From NCBI GenBank assembly GCA_963777505.1, contig CAVZQN010000004.1, forward strand, positions 832,001 through 896,000: DNA of 64,000 bases. The letters are read 5' to 3'. The notes below the pieces were generated by a model. That model was not told the origin of the DNA and did not search any database. It saw only the letters and a program-made list of their open reading frames with translations. Within the stretch, counting starts at the first letter, position 1, and each line of letters opens with the position of its first letter. Origin of the DNA: an uncultured bacterium. Lineage in GTDB: Bacteria > Acidobacteriota > HRBIN11 > JAKEFK01. A program made the position numbers and the translations under genes. Below are positions 28,555 to 38,966 of the stretch, piece after piece.

Positions 28555-30351
28555 TCAGGTTTGGCTCCAGCTGCGCGGGAAATAGCCAAGATTTTGTGCG
28601 AGTGAAGAAGGTACACAAAAATACGTCATTGAAATCGGCGGATTATATCCACCATGTTTTGGGAATGGGTAGATTGTTCGAGTGTGGACCGAATACTTAG
28701 AAAGCACCGCAAAACCGCCGAGAGCTGCACAGATTTTCCAGCTATGTCTTCCATAGTGATCAGTGCCAAATACAGGACGCAATCCTTGTCCGGATAATTC
28801 ATGTACATATCGAAAACCGGCATGGTACGTGTTCCACCCTGTATGCATAAGATCATAATCATTCAGCGCGGATTCTTCAGTGAAGATGACGACGATTCCT
28901 GCCGCACAATACTTTCGGAAGACTTCCACAATTTTTTGATTTGTCTGGCTCCGAACTTCATGAAAGCCGTTACCGACAAACATCACTGCGCTTTCTGTTG
29001 AATGTCCGGAAGTTCGAACAGCATCAATCACGATATCTGGATTTGCTATATCCGCTTTTCGGATAAAGATCATATTTTTAGGGAGGATGTTTTTGCGTTG
29101 TAAATCTTCAGCCTTATCGATTGCCGCATCTTCCAGATCCGCGCCAAAGTACTGAATATTTTGTTCACCGCTGCGATCAAGCCGCTGTCGTGTTGCTTCT
29201 CCCTGACCTAATGCGTGTTCAATAAACACGGAACATTGCAAATTGTGATCTTTGCAGAAACGATCATATGTATCATTTGCCATTTCAAAAGTTTTGCGAT
29301 TTGCATCCTGGCTTGCTGCAATATTTTTTCCGCGCTGAACCCATGTCTTTGTTGCTTTACCGGAGAGTCGATCCGCCAGCACTTGCATATACGGTACATA
29401 GGCATGAATAATTCCGAAAGGTCCTGGTCCGCGCTGAATTACTCGCGCTCCAAGCGCCGTTAGCTTTCCTTTCGATTGAATGATTCCAGCATTGACCAAC
29501 AATGTTTTCATTTCTGGAGTTATCTTTGGAAGCGCTTGAAAGACATTCGAGCCTTCATCCATTCCCTTCAGCGCCTTCGTTGCATGCAAACTTAAAATCA
29601 AAGGCACGAGCCGGTAACTTGTTTCTAATTCAAATCGAGAGGCAACCCATCCCGTAGTTTTGCCTTGCGGAACAGAGTATTTAAGAAAAGAGGAAACAAG
29701 GTCCAGCGTTTCGGAAGTGATCTTTCCGCCGGACAATATTTCCAGCATGGGTTCAACCATGTCGCGTAAAAATTCTGGAGGAATTGGAATCGTGTTTCGA
29801 AAAACATCATGAGCCTGAGGAATGTCTGCGATGTGATAGGTCTTCCGCTTTGCAATCAAATAGCCGCGGCAATGAAAAAGTGAAAGATCCCAGCTAAGCT
29901 GGTTTTGATCCAACATCATTTTGTTTGAAAGTTTTTCTGGATCAATCCGTTTTTCATCTGCGATTACTTTTGTAAGACCGAATTGACTGTGGGCAGAAAG
30001 TACATGTTTCAAGATCCAGAGATCAGACGGTGCACACACCGCGGCGCTATAAACAATCGTGCGTAACACACGCACTGCACTGAGAAAGGAATCCTGTTCA
30101 CTTTTGGAGAAGCCTTTTGCTTGCTCCATTTTCTTTTCAGCATTTTTGAGCCAGGTCAGCAGCGCATTGCCATGTGTAAATAAATGAGGGACATGTTGCA
30201 GAAATAATTTGAAAGATCGTTCTGAAATGTAAGGAAAACCTGTGCTGCTTAAGCTTGTGCGTCCGGTAAGAATCCGAACCAGGTAACTTCTGCGCGGATG
30301 GGGCAAATCAACCAAAAGCTTGCCGGCTCGTCGTAAAATAGGGCTACTCAT
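28555..30351 (-). CDS. Putative class I SAM methyltransferase with helical N-terminal domains (AprA-related-like)
   Basis: Degenerate motif I FIEHALGQG, GADLE..AI, ADIANPD, FHEV, YVHELSGQ; resemblance judged by eye. Confidence 0.55.
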   Translation of the reverse strand: MSSPILRRAGKLLVDLPHPRRSYLVRILTGRTSLSSTGFPYISERSFKLFLQHVPHLFTHGNALLTWLKNAEKKMEQAKGFSKSEQDSFLSAVRVLRTIVYSAAVCAPSDLWILKHVLSAHSQFGLTKVIADEKRIDPEKLSNKMMLDQNQLSWDLSLFHCRGYLIAKRKTYHIADIPQAHDVFRNTIPIPPEFLRDMVEPMLEILSGGKITSETLDLVSSFLKYSVPQGKTTGWVASRFELETSYRLVPLILSLHATKALKGMDEGSNVFQALPKITPEMKTLLVNAGIIQSKGKLTALGARVIQRGPGPFGIIHAYVPYMQVLADRLSGKATKTWVQRGKNIAASQDANRKTFEMANDTYDRFCKDHNLQCSVFIEHALGQGEATRQRLDRSGEQNIQYFGADLEDAAIDKAEDLQRKNILPKNMIFIRKADIANPDIVIDAVRTSGHSTESAVMFVGNGFHEVRSQTNQKIVEVFRKYCAAGIVVIFTEESALNDYDLMHTGWNTYHAGFRYVHELSGQGLRPVFGTDHYGRHSWKICAALGGFAVLSKYSVHTRTIYPFPKHGGYNPPISMTYFCVPSSLAQNLGYFPRSWSQT

Positions 30352-30363
30352 GATTTTATCAGC

Positions 30364-30400
30364 GTTTCACATTGTGAAACATCGTTTCAAAATCTGGAAT
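30364..30400. promoter_or_regulatory. Tandem palindromic operator candidate
   Basis: GTTTCACATTGTGAAAC plus a degenerate GTTTCAAAATCTGGAAT 20 bp further on, starting 13 bp upstream of the 30351 start. Confidence 0.5.
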
Positions 30401-30441
30401 TATTATTTTATCACACTGGTAGCGGGAAGTAATGGATGGAA

Positions 30442-30466
30442 GTAGGGGCGGGTCTAGGACCCGCCC
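30442..30466. repeat. GTAG-type REP singlet
   Basis: GTAGGGGCGGGTCTAGGACCCGCCC just downstream of recA. Confidence 0.8.
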
Positions 30467-30475
30467 GGAGAAATT

Positions 30476-31504
30476 CTATGCGGTTGCAGCAGCTTTCGCT
30501 TCTTCTTTTGTCAGGTTCAGTTTCAAGCGAACCTGATCTTCAACTTCTTTTGAAATATCAGAATTATCCCGCAGGAATTTTTTTACATTTTCACGGCCCT
30601 GGCCCAGCCGGGTGTCTTTAAACGAGAACCATGCGCCACTTTTTTCAATGACAGCATGGATTGTTCCGAGATCGAGTAAATCGCCTTCACGCGAAATTCC
30701 TTCGCCATAAATAATGTCAAATTCAGCAATCTTAAAGGGAGGCGCAAGTTTGTTTTTAACAACTTTTACTTTTGTGCGATTTCCCACTGTTTGATCACCT
30801 TCTTTAATCGGCATTTCACGGCGAATTTCCATGCGTACGCTTGAATAAAACTTGAGAGCGCGTCCGCCTGTTGTGACTTCATTGCTTCCAAACATCACAC
30901 CGATTTTTTCGCGAATCTGATTGATGAAAAGCAGACATGTTGCAGATCGAGATACAATTCCTGTCAATTTGCGCATTGCCTGTGACATCAATCGAGCCTG
31001 CAAGCCCATATGTGAATCACCCATTTCACCTTCGAGTTCCGCTTTCGGTACCAGAGCAGCAACTGAATCAATTACAACAAGATCAATTGCTCCACTGCGG
31101 ATTAACATTTCTGCGATTTCAAGCGCTTGTTCTCCGCTGTCCGGTTGCGAAACCAAAAGATTATCGATGTTCACCCCCAGTTTGCGCGCATATTCCGGAT
31201 CTAATGCATGTTCTGCATCAATAAATGCAGCCATCCCTCCGGCTTTTTGCGCTTCGGCGATTATATGCAAAGCAAGAGTCGTCTTGCCAGAAGACTCCGG
31301 CCCAAAAATCTCCACTACACGTCCACGTGGCACACCGCCGATACCCAGAGCCGCATCGATTGAAAGAGCACCAGTTGAGATTGTCGGAATCGAGATCGCT
31401 TCCTTGTCACCAAGTCGCATGATCGAACCTTTTCCGAACTGTTTCTCAATCTGGAGTAGTGCAACTTCAATCGCTTTGCTCTTATCGTTTCTTACTTCAG
31501 CCAT
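30476..31504 (-). CDS. recA: Recombinase RecA
   Basis: [31 protein letters not shown] and KNKLAPPF motifs. Confidence 0.99.
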   Translation of the reverse strand: MAEVRNDKSKAIEVALLQIEKQFGKGSIMRLGDKEAISIPTISTGALSIDAALGIGGVPRGRVVEIFGPESSGKTTLALHIIAEAQKAGGMAAFIDAEHALDPEYARKLGVNIDNLLVSQPDSGEQALEIAEMLIRSGAIDLVVIDSVAALVPKAELEGEMGDSHMGLQARLMSQAMRKLTGIVSRSATCLLFINQIREKIGVMFGSNEVTTGGRALKFYSSVRMEIRREMPIKEGDQTVGNRTKVKVVKNKLAPPFKIAEFDIIYGEGISREGDLLDLGTIHAVIEKSGAWFSFKDTRLGQGRENVKKFLRDNSDISKEVEDQVRLKLNLTKEEAKAAATA

Positions 31505-31603
31505 TTTGATGCAGCTCTCCTTTTTTGAATTTTATGTAATCTTATTGTATCTCTTTCAAAGACGCAAAGGCGGGATGCGGGATGCGCGGTGCGCGATTAG
31601 CTC

Positions 31604-31653
31604 AACCGCCAGACGCCGAGACGCCAGGTTAAGAATTTGTGTCTTTGCGGTTC
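31604..31653. repeat. Complete (empty) 9-mer ACCGC/AGACGC inverted-repeat element
   Basis: AACCGCCAGACGCCGAGACGCCAGG ... TTTGTGTCTTTGCGGTT. Confidence 0.65.
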
Positions 31654-31655
31654 AG

Positions 31656-32102
31656 TTATTGCTTTTCTAAATCCAGTGTCTCTACCGGCAAATCCCAATG
31701 CGCCAAAAGTATCTCAAAGCGTCGCTGTTCTTCTTTCTTGAATGTTTCTTGATCAGGGTAAAGCGGCTTGGTGATTGTTTCCGGATCAAAATCATCATGT
31801 GCAATCGTGGAATTTTTCCAAACAATTGTTACACGATAATCCCAGCGTCCATCTTCCGTAAAATGATAAACAGGTGTCGATGCCGTTACCTGCAAAATGC
31901 GCCCCATCTCAATTTCTTTCTTTAAAACGGGGTAGTGATTTTTCTTAAACAAACGGATGAATTCGTTCTGAAATCCCCAACGTGCTTTGTAATAATACTC
32001 AACCGTGTATGGTTTCTCCTGAGCGTATGCTGGAAAATATGGTGCAAGAGTTATTAAAATCAAAACACAAAAACGCACAAGTATTTTTTGATGCACTCTC
32101 AT
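31656..32102 (-). CDS. Secreted hypothetical protein
   Basis: Signal peptide ending AYA; conserved-looking YYKARWG...LFKKNH...AHWD; AGGAG RBS. Confidence 0.7.
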   Translation of the reverse strand: MRVHQKILVRFCVLILITLAPYFPAYAQEKPYTVEYYYKARWGFQNEFIRLFKKNHYPVLKKEIEMGRILQVTASTPVYHFTEDGRWDYRVTIVWKNSTIAHDDFDPETITKPLYPDQETFKKEEQRRFEILLAHWDLPVETLDLEKQ

Positions 32103-32156
32103 TTCTCCTTCGTATGTCGGGAAATACTTAGCTCAACCGCCAAGACGCTAGTTGAT

Positions 32157-32361
32157 CTATTTCTTTGAGCGTTTCGATTTCTTTTTGGAACGAGATTTTA
32201 ACTTCCGTTTTTTCTTGGTTTTTGGTTTTAGGTTTGACACGTTCCGGAAGTTCCTTATATCCTGTTTCGCGATTCCACTCTTCGTAAGTCTCTGGAGAAA
32301 TTTCTCCTTTCACCAGAAGTTCGGCAAATTTTCTGCGTTGAGCTTTACTTTTGAATGGCAT
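32157..32361 (-). CDS. Small basic protein (MPFKSKAQRR...) with a Lys-rich tail after correcting a 1-nt indel
   Basis: Removing one base near 32220 gives TKTKKKRKLKSRSKKKSKRSKK-stop at 32157-32159. Confidence 0.6.
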
Positions 32362-32364
32362 AAC

Positions 32365-32742
32365 TTATCCCGGTAATAACTCAGTTGTAGTATTCCTCGA
32401 CTTCTTGCGGCCAAGATCAACAGCATACTTCAACCAACCTGGTGTGTGATATTTTTCCAGATATGCCTGATCGATTTTATCGTTCAATGCTTCACTTTTT
32501 GTTTGACGCGCACGTACGGCGATTTCTTTATCATCGACCAGAATTGCCCCTTGTGGGTCTTCAAGAAATGTACGATACCAACTTCGTCGTTTAATACTCC
32601 ATGATCGTACGAAGACGCGGTCAGCAACAACCACAGCCCAGATCCGGATGAATTTGTGATCGCCAGTACCTGCTCGGATTTTGATCGCAATATTTTTCCG
32701 TATGGATGCTAATACCGTGCGATTGAATTGGCGCTTTTTCAT
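32365..32742 (-). CDS. DUF2255 family protein
   Basis: IWAVVV..RVFVRS....SWYR...ID.AY..KY pattern. Confidence 0.75.
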   Translation of the reverse strand: MKKRQFNRTVLASIRKNIAIKIRAGTGDHKFIRIWAVVVADRVFVRSWSIKRRSWYRTFLEDPQGAILVDDKEIAVRARQTKSEALNDKIDQAYLEKYHTPGWLKYAVDLGRKKSRNTTTELLPG

Positions 32743-32780
32743 GAAGACGATTTACACAGCAAGAATGACTCATTCGTTGG

Positions 32781-33926
32781 TTATTGTTGTCCCAGCCAGG
32801 CTTGATTTCCTGACGCATCCTCTATTTCATTCAATATCCGTTGAATAGCCGCATCAGATATCTGGTGTTTCCTATGGGTTGCATCTATGAATATATCAAA
32901 TTTTCCCGAACCAAATTTATTGATCCGCTCTTTAACGATGTCTTTATATCGATCCGATTTTGTGCCTGAAAAACAACATGGATCATATTGATTAAATATT
33001 TGTAAATGCTTTCTGCGGTCTCCGTAGGAGTCAAGGATATAAAGATCAAGGTAGTTCACCGTTTGATAAACTTTTGGCTCATTCTGCTCATAATCACCCC
33101 ATTCTCCAGACTCAGGTAGACGAAGATGAATAGGATAGGATCCTGCAACGCTAAAACTGTTTTGGATCCTTTCATCGAGAGCGGATACAAACGTAGTCGT
33201 CCATCCACCTCCTGATATTCCAACCATGGACACAGATGAGTAGTTATAGTTTTTGGATAGATAATTTAGAACAATCAAAACCGGCTCAATGAAGAATTTG
33301 ATTGGATGTCCGTGTTGGGGTTTTAAGAACTTGATGTGATCGTGACGTTCCAATCTAAAGTTCCCGATTGTGGGTAGTACAATAGTCGGCTGATTGTTAC
33401 GTCCCATCAAAGGCATTGAAAAAGCTACAACTGAGTATCCTGCATCAAGGAATTTTCCAATTTGCTTTTTACCCATAAGAAAATCGCCATTATGTCCTTC
33501 ATGGTAAAGAATGACTCTATTGTTTGGAGATTTTGGGATGAAATGATAGCAGTAAGATTCCAGACCGAATTCCATTCTGGCAGTTACTTTGTCGATGCTA
33601 CTTTTTGCGGAGAGATCATCAAAACGGTCATCCACAAAATTTTTCTTAACATCCGAAGGAAGGGTTGATGGAAGTCCAGATTCTCCCCACAAGAGAGTTA
33701 TCAATTCTGTTCTTAGCCGTCCAATATCTTGCTGTTCTTTGATAGAGATGAGGCTGGCGGTATCGTTCTCCAAAAATTCTTCGGGCGGAGGCGGTGAGAT
33801 TTTATTATAGAGTTCTGATAAGAATTCGTAAGGTGGCAGCTTATCTTTATGGATTAGCACCCCCAACATTATTGCCATAAAAAAAAGTATTGTTAAGCAG
33901 GCGAATTTTAGTATTCTCATCCGCAT
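32781..33926 (-). CDS. Membrane-anchored alpha/beta-hydrolase-fold protein
   Basis: N-terminal TM; YH.GH; GISGGG nucleophile elbow; DPCCF; late His. Confidence 0.68.
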   Translation of the reverse strand: MRMRILKFACLTILFFMAIMLGVLIHKDKLPPYEFLSELYNKISPPPPEEFLENDTASLISIKEQQDIGRLRTELITLLWGESGLPSTLPSDVKKNFVDDRFDDLSAKSSIDKVTARMEFGLESYCYHFIPKSPNNRVILYHEGHNGDFLMGKKQIGKFLDAGYSVVAFSMPLMGRNNQPTIVLPTIGNFRLERHDHIKFLKPQHGHPIKFFIEPVLIVLNYLSKNYNYSSVSMVGISGGGWTTTFVSALDERIQNSFSVAGSYPIHLRLPESGEWGDYEQNEPKVYQTVNYLDLYILDSYGDRRKHLQIFNQYDPCCFSGTKSDRYKDIVKERINKFGSGKFDIFIDATHRKHQISDAAIQRILNEIEDASGNQAWLGQQ

Positions 33927-34016
33927 TTTTTGGGTGCTTTATGAGCGGAACATGAATCGATCCTGGAATAAGGATATAGAAAAACGTCTTTCTTGGAATA
34001 TAGAATCAGAAGATTG

Positions 34017-34304
34017 TTATTCAAGTCGAGCGATTCTGCCATCAAATTTTGTTTTTATCCGGGGAGCATTGGGCGCTTGCTCATCCAGTGACTGGCGATA
34101 CTTTATACAACCTTCAAAAAATTGCGGCCATTCGGGCACTTCCGGAATAGGATCACTCTTCTCGGGCAATAAGCCCCAGAGTTCTGGATGATGCCAGCAG
34201 AGCTCATGCCGGCTGGTGTCCCGATGTTTACGGATTCCAGCTCGAAGTCTCTTCATTTCGTCAATGAGTTGTTCTCGCGACATTGTATCAAGATCGTCAT
34301 CCAT
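34017..34304 (-). CDS. Hypothetical protein
   Basis: AGGAGG RBS; conserved-looking LCWHHP.LWGLLPE...GCI.YR.SLD. Confidence 0.7.
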   Translation of the reverse strand: MDDDLDTMSREQLIDEMKRLRAGIRKHRDTSRHELCWHHPELWGLLPEKSDPIPEVPEWPQFFEGCIKYRQSLDEQAPNAPRIKTKFDGRIARLE

Positions 34305-34412
34305 GATGTTCCTCCTGAAGCCAGTGAATTCACGTTATATAATGAACTCGGCTCCTAGTTAAGCGTCTATTGATAATCTGATCCCATTATTTCTTTCCTG
34401 CAAGTGAGTACC

Positions 34413-37029
34413 ATGACTCCAGAACGTTGGAAACAAATTGAACAAATCTTTTCCACTGCGGCAGAATTGCCTCAACACGAAAGAGAAAATTTCCTGAAAA
34501 CGACTTGCGCGAATGATTCCGAGTTGCGTTTTGAGGTTGAATCGCTCCTTGCGCAAGATACCGAAACTGGAACGATGATGCAGACCTTGATTTCAAAGGC
34601 TGCAGGGTCTCTTCGCAGTTCAGATCTTACAGGAAAAAGGATCGGTCCCTATCGAATCATATCTCTTACCGGTGAAGGTGGGATGGCGCAAGTTTATAAA
34701 GCTGTCAGGGATGACGATCAATATCAAAAGGTTGTCGCTATAAAAATTTTGCGACAAGACTCGGCGCCATTATTTCTTATTAGCCGATTCTGGTACGAAC
34801 GTCAAATTCTTGCGAACCTCGAACATCCTTGCATCGCTCGTTTCCTTGAAGGGGGGACAACAGAGGAAGGCATTCCGTACTTTGCTATGGAATTCATCGA
34901 AGGACAGCCAATTACAGAATATTGTGATTCGCATAACCTTACAATTCGAAAACGTCTTGAATTTGTTCAGATCCGTTTGCGAAGCAGTTCAGTACGCACA
35001 TAAAAATCTTGTCATACATCGAGATCTCAAACCAAGAAACATTTTAGTAACCGATGAAGGGGTTCCTCGATTATTAGATTTTGGCATTGCTAAATTATTG
35101 AACCCTGAAATTGGATCCGAAGTTCCGAGCGCAACAATCAGTTCAGTACGCATGATGACTCCCGATTACGCCAGCCCTGAACAAGTACGCGGGGAGAAAG
35201 TTACAACTGCTACTGATACTTATTCACTAGGTCTTGTACTTTATGAAATGCTTTCAGGAAAGAGACCTCAGGAAGTTCATACGAATTCATTTGCTGAAAT
35301 TGAACACGTTGTTTGCGAGCAGGAACCGGAACTTCCCAGCGCTGCAATACTTCACCAAAAGTCCAAAATAAATACCAAGAAATTAAGCCGTGAAATTTCA
35401 GGAGAGCTGGATAACATCGTTTCAATGGCGATGCAGAAAAATCCACTTCAACGCTATGCCACTGTGGAGCAATTTGCGGAAGATATTTCAAATTATTTAG
35501 AAGGTCGCACGATTCGAGCAAAAACACCCACACTGAGTTATCGCGTCATAAAGTTCGCGAGACGGCACCGAACTGCAGTAGCTGTGACAGCATTTGTAAT
35601 TCTTACACTTGCAGCAATTGCTGTATTAATGACAATGCAAGCGTCACGGATAGCAAAAGAGAGAGATCGCGCAAGTGAAGTCACGAAATTTCTTGTTGAG
35701 CTTTTTCAAGTTTCCGATCCAGGTGAATCGAAAGGGAATTCTGTCACTGCGCGCGAACTTTTAGACAAGAGTGCTAAGAAAATTGAAAGCGACCTTAAGG
35801 AACAGCCCGAGGTTCAGGCTGCATTGATGGAAACAATGGGTAAGGTGTATGGCAACCTTGGACTCTATAACACCGCGATCCCAATGCTGGAAAAAGCACT
35901 TGAGATTCGCAAACAAACTCTTGGTTCTAAAAGCCCGGAAATTGCAGCAACCATGAATAGTCTTGCTGGAGCTCTTCAGAATGCAGGAAAACATGATAGA
36001 GCATTAAAAATCGGAGGAGAGGCGCTCGCATTGCGTCGAAAACTCTTTGGAAATCAACACCCAAGTGTCGCTGAAAGTTTGAGTGTCACTGGCGGCTCCC
36101 TGTTTGAAAAAGGACAGCTCAAAGAAGCGGGCGCTGTGTTTCGAGAGGCATTGGCAATCCGGGAAAAAGCGTTCGGCCCTGAACACTTACTTGTGGCAAC
36201 GAGCTTATCTCAACTTGGTTTGATTCTTTCGGTAGAAGAGAAGAAAGATGAAGCAGAGCCTTTGTATCGGAGAGCACTCACGATCCGCCGAAAACTTCGT
36301 GGTGCCGATCATCACGAAATTGCAACAAGCCTGAATAACCTTGGGAGAATCCTGCTGGATAAAGGTGATTACATTGGTGCTGAAGAAATGTTTCGGGAAG
36401 CTGTGCAGCTGGATAGAAAAATATTAGGAAATGATCATCCGGATCTTGCTGTAACGCTTTCTAGTCTCGCATGGACATTGAAGGAACAAGAAGAATATTC
36501 AGAATCGGAAGAGCTTTTTCGTGAAGCACTCGCTTTGCGAAAACGGGCTCTTGATTCCCAACATCCAGCGATCGCCAGAAGCTTATACAACTTAGGTTGT
36601 ATTCTTACTGACAAAAAGGATTTCGATCAAGCTGAAACCGTATTGAAAGAAGCTCAGGAGCATTGGAAAAAAACGCTTCCTGAAATTCACGCGAACCATG
36701 CAACTTTGTTAGCCGCGATCGGAAAAGTCCAAATGGGAAAACAAAAACTGAATGAAGCTGAAACCTCATTCAAGCAAGCAATCGAAATGCGGATTCGCAC
36801 ATTGAGCGCCGATCATCCGAGTATCGCAATCGCGAAAGGGACTCTTGGAGAGTGCATGGGCTTGCAGGGCCGTTATAAAGAAGCCGAAGTCTTGCTCCTT
36901 GAATCCTACAATGCTTTGCTTGCCAAGTATCCAAAAAGTCATCCGGAGGCAAAGGAAGCACAATTACGCCTCATTTCGTTTTATACATCCTGGGGAAAAC
37001 CAACCGAAGCCGCCCGATACAAACAGTAA
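34413..37029 (+). CDS. Membrane Ser/Thr protein kinase with C-terminal TPRs (1-nt indel at ~34963)
   Basis: GEGGMA.V, VAIK, HRDLKP.N, DFG, TPDYASPEQ; TM; 42-aa TPRs. Two ORFs join as RLE-LFRSVCEAV. Confidence 0.9.
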
Positions 37030-37057
37030 TCTCTGCGCCTCTGTGGTTGAGTTTAAA

Positions 37058-38944
37058 CTATCCAAGTTCGATCGGGCGTTTATGGAACACGATGCGCCAA
37101 TCCAGAATTTCATCGATCATTTTTTCCGAAATGTCATCCACGATCTGCGCAAGCGATGCAGAATCAACCGTTGATTTATTTCGAAACGTCTCCAGGTCAA
37201 CGTATTTTTCGTCAAGATATTCAGCCATCGCAACATTGTGACGTCCCACCCTTTGAAATTCTCCCTGACTGAGAATTCCTGCAAAGGCAGCACCAAAAGC
37301 AGGACAGACAATGGATAGAAGAGAAAAGGCAGTGCCTAGTTGAGGGAAATCATTCAAATAAGGCCGTATAGAAGTATTGGAGTATACAAATGGAAGGTCT
37401 TTCAATACATGCAATCCACATCCTATTGCAGCCAGGATGAACATTCCGAATGCTAAAAGATGAAGGCGATGATGGATATTTCCATTCCATGTTGCTTTTC
37501 GAAAATGATAGGCTGCTTGATGTTTTGTTTCCTGTTGAATCAAGCCTGCAACTGCCTTGAGATAATCCTGAGTGAGTTTGGTGTTTGGTAAACCAATATG
37601 TTTCGCCACACCGGAAAAATGCCAGTGAACCCAGCTTGAAGAGGGATCTTCATAGTGAGTGTGGATTGGCTCAGGTGCAGCCAATGGAGGAATCCGCCCG
37701 ATTGCTGCGAGAAAACGTGTTTGACGGAGCAACTCGGCGAGCAAACGGTAATCGATCCGTCTGTCATACCATTTGCGTGAACGATCAAAAAGATAAACAA
37801 CGATGATCGAAGCAATTGCAAATAATTCCGCAAATCCAAGCGCATGTTTATGCAGCACAAACGCAAGAAAAGCAAACAGCACAGCCAAAGCGCTCATCAA
37901 GTAGTTCCAAATAAATCCACTGTGATAGAGATTTGTATAATAACCAGCAAGAGCATCTGCAAATTCATAGTGCGGTCTGACTTTTTGTTGTATGTTTTCA
38001 ATAACCTTCGTAAGCTCTTCTCTGGCCGCAGGCGAAATGTTTTCTATGGATTGAATGGATGCGGTCCAATCTTTGGGTTGATCCTTAATTTTCTTCAGGC
38101 TCCTGTCGTAGCCGAAAACCTTATTAAATAATTTCCATAAGACTGCAAAATTCCAACTCGGAATTTTCTCAGAAAAATACATGCTCCGAAGATCAACGAC
38201 TTTTGTTGCATGATGTGCAATCTCATGTGGATCTTCTTCTTTGGGTGGAAGTATTCTTAACGCAACGGCGGCATGAAAATCCGTTTCATCCACATCTTTA
38301 AATATCTTTTCTTTTTCTATCGGATCATTCTTATCTTTCTGTCGTTCATTTTTCGATTTCGGACGGCGATAAACGACGTCATGCGGCTTATCGGGGTTGA
38401 CTTGTACGATAGGAATCGAAAACTTTTCTGCTTCTTTTACGATGTGCCCTGTACCGCCGGCACCACGCGGCTCCTGTCCATTCCAGATTGCAACTAAAAC
38501 GTCGGAATGTCTGAGTACCATTAAACCCGCAGCTTCATATGCTTGTTCTTCTTTTTCAGTAGAACCATCCATTTCAAAAATCACTGGCTCTTCGTCGCCA
38601 GGTTTATTTACGTTTTCACCGTAAATTTTTTCAGCATCCGTTGGGCTTCCAGGTTTAAAAAAAGGGAGAGGGCAGTAAAGCTTATATCCGGACTTTTGTG
38701 CTATCGAGGCTACAATTTGATCTGCTCCGTCAGCAAGTGGGGAAAGGATCTGTAAGCCATGCTCAAGACCATCTTGTTGTTTTGGAAGTGATTGAATAAC
38801 GCCTTTTAGTTTTGTGAAAATTTCATTCAGCTTTTGGTCGATCTGATCACGATCCATCTTTTGCAAGTCTTTCATTCGATGGCCGGTAACTCCGACTCGT
38901 AAGATGAATCCGTGAGACTCAGGTGATGTTCCCTTTGCTGGCAT
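37058..38944 (-). CDS. SLOG (YspA/DUF1273-like) domain fused to two SLATT/DUF4231-like 2TM modules
   Basis: RVGVTGHR, LSPLADGAD, CPLPF, YEAAG, DVLVAIWNG...GGT; TM pairs followed by IDYRLLAELLR and EF.R; C-terminal E..DW. Confidence 0.78.
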   Translation of the reverse strand: MPAKGTSPESHGFILRVGVTGHRMKDLQKMDRDQIDQKLNEIFTKLKGVIQSLPKQQDGLEHGLQILSPLADGADQIVASIAQKSGYKLYCPLPFFKPGSPTDAEKIYGENVNKPGDEEPVIFEMDGSTEKEEQAYEAAGLMVLRHSDVLVAIWNGQEPRGAGGTGHIVKEAEKFSIPIVQVNPDKPHDVVYRRPKSKNERQKDKNDPIEKEKIFKDVDETDFHAAVALRILPPKEEDPHEIAHHATKVVDLRSMYFSEKIPSWNFAVLWKLFNKVFGYDRSLKKIKDQPKDWTASIQSIENISPAAREELTKVIENIQQKVRPHYEFADALAGYYTNLYHSGFIWNYLMSALAVLFAFLAFVLHKHALGFAELFAIASIIVVYLFDRSRKWYDRRIDYRLLAELLRQTRFLAAIGRIPPLAAPEPIHTHYEDPSSSWVHWHFSGVAKHIGLPNTKLTQDYLKAVAGLIQQETKHQAAYHFRKATWNGNIHHRLHLLAFGMFILAAIGCGLHVLKDLPFVYSNTSIRPYLNDFPQLGTAFSLLSIVCPAFGAAFAGILSQGEFQRVGRHNVAMAEYLDEKYVDLETFRNKSTVDSASLAQIVDDISEKMIDEILDWRIVFHKRPIELG

Positions 38945-38966
38945 TTAATTTTCCATGGCTCGAATT

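Noticed and set aside
30364-30380. parS site
   Set aside because: The arms resemble parS but there are three extra central bases relative to TGTTTCACGTGAAACA.
31505-31655. LexA/SOS box upstream of recA
   Set aside because: No recognisable box; the region is occupied by repeats.
18985-31670. Long antisense ORFs (18985-19728, 30921-31670 and similar)
   Set aside because: They are shadow frames of conserved genes (pccB, recA) with no recognisable motifs.
34413-37029. Kinase-TPR gene as a fourth member of the TIR/SLOG system
   Set aside because: It is convergent, separated by a repeat arm, and belongs to a family expected to be multicopy in such genomes; adjacency alone is insufficient.
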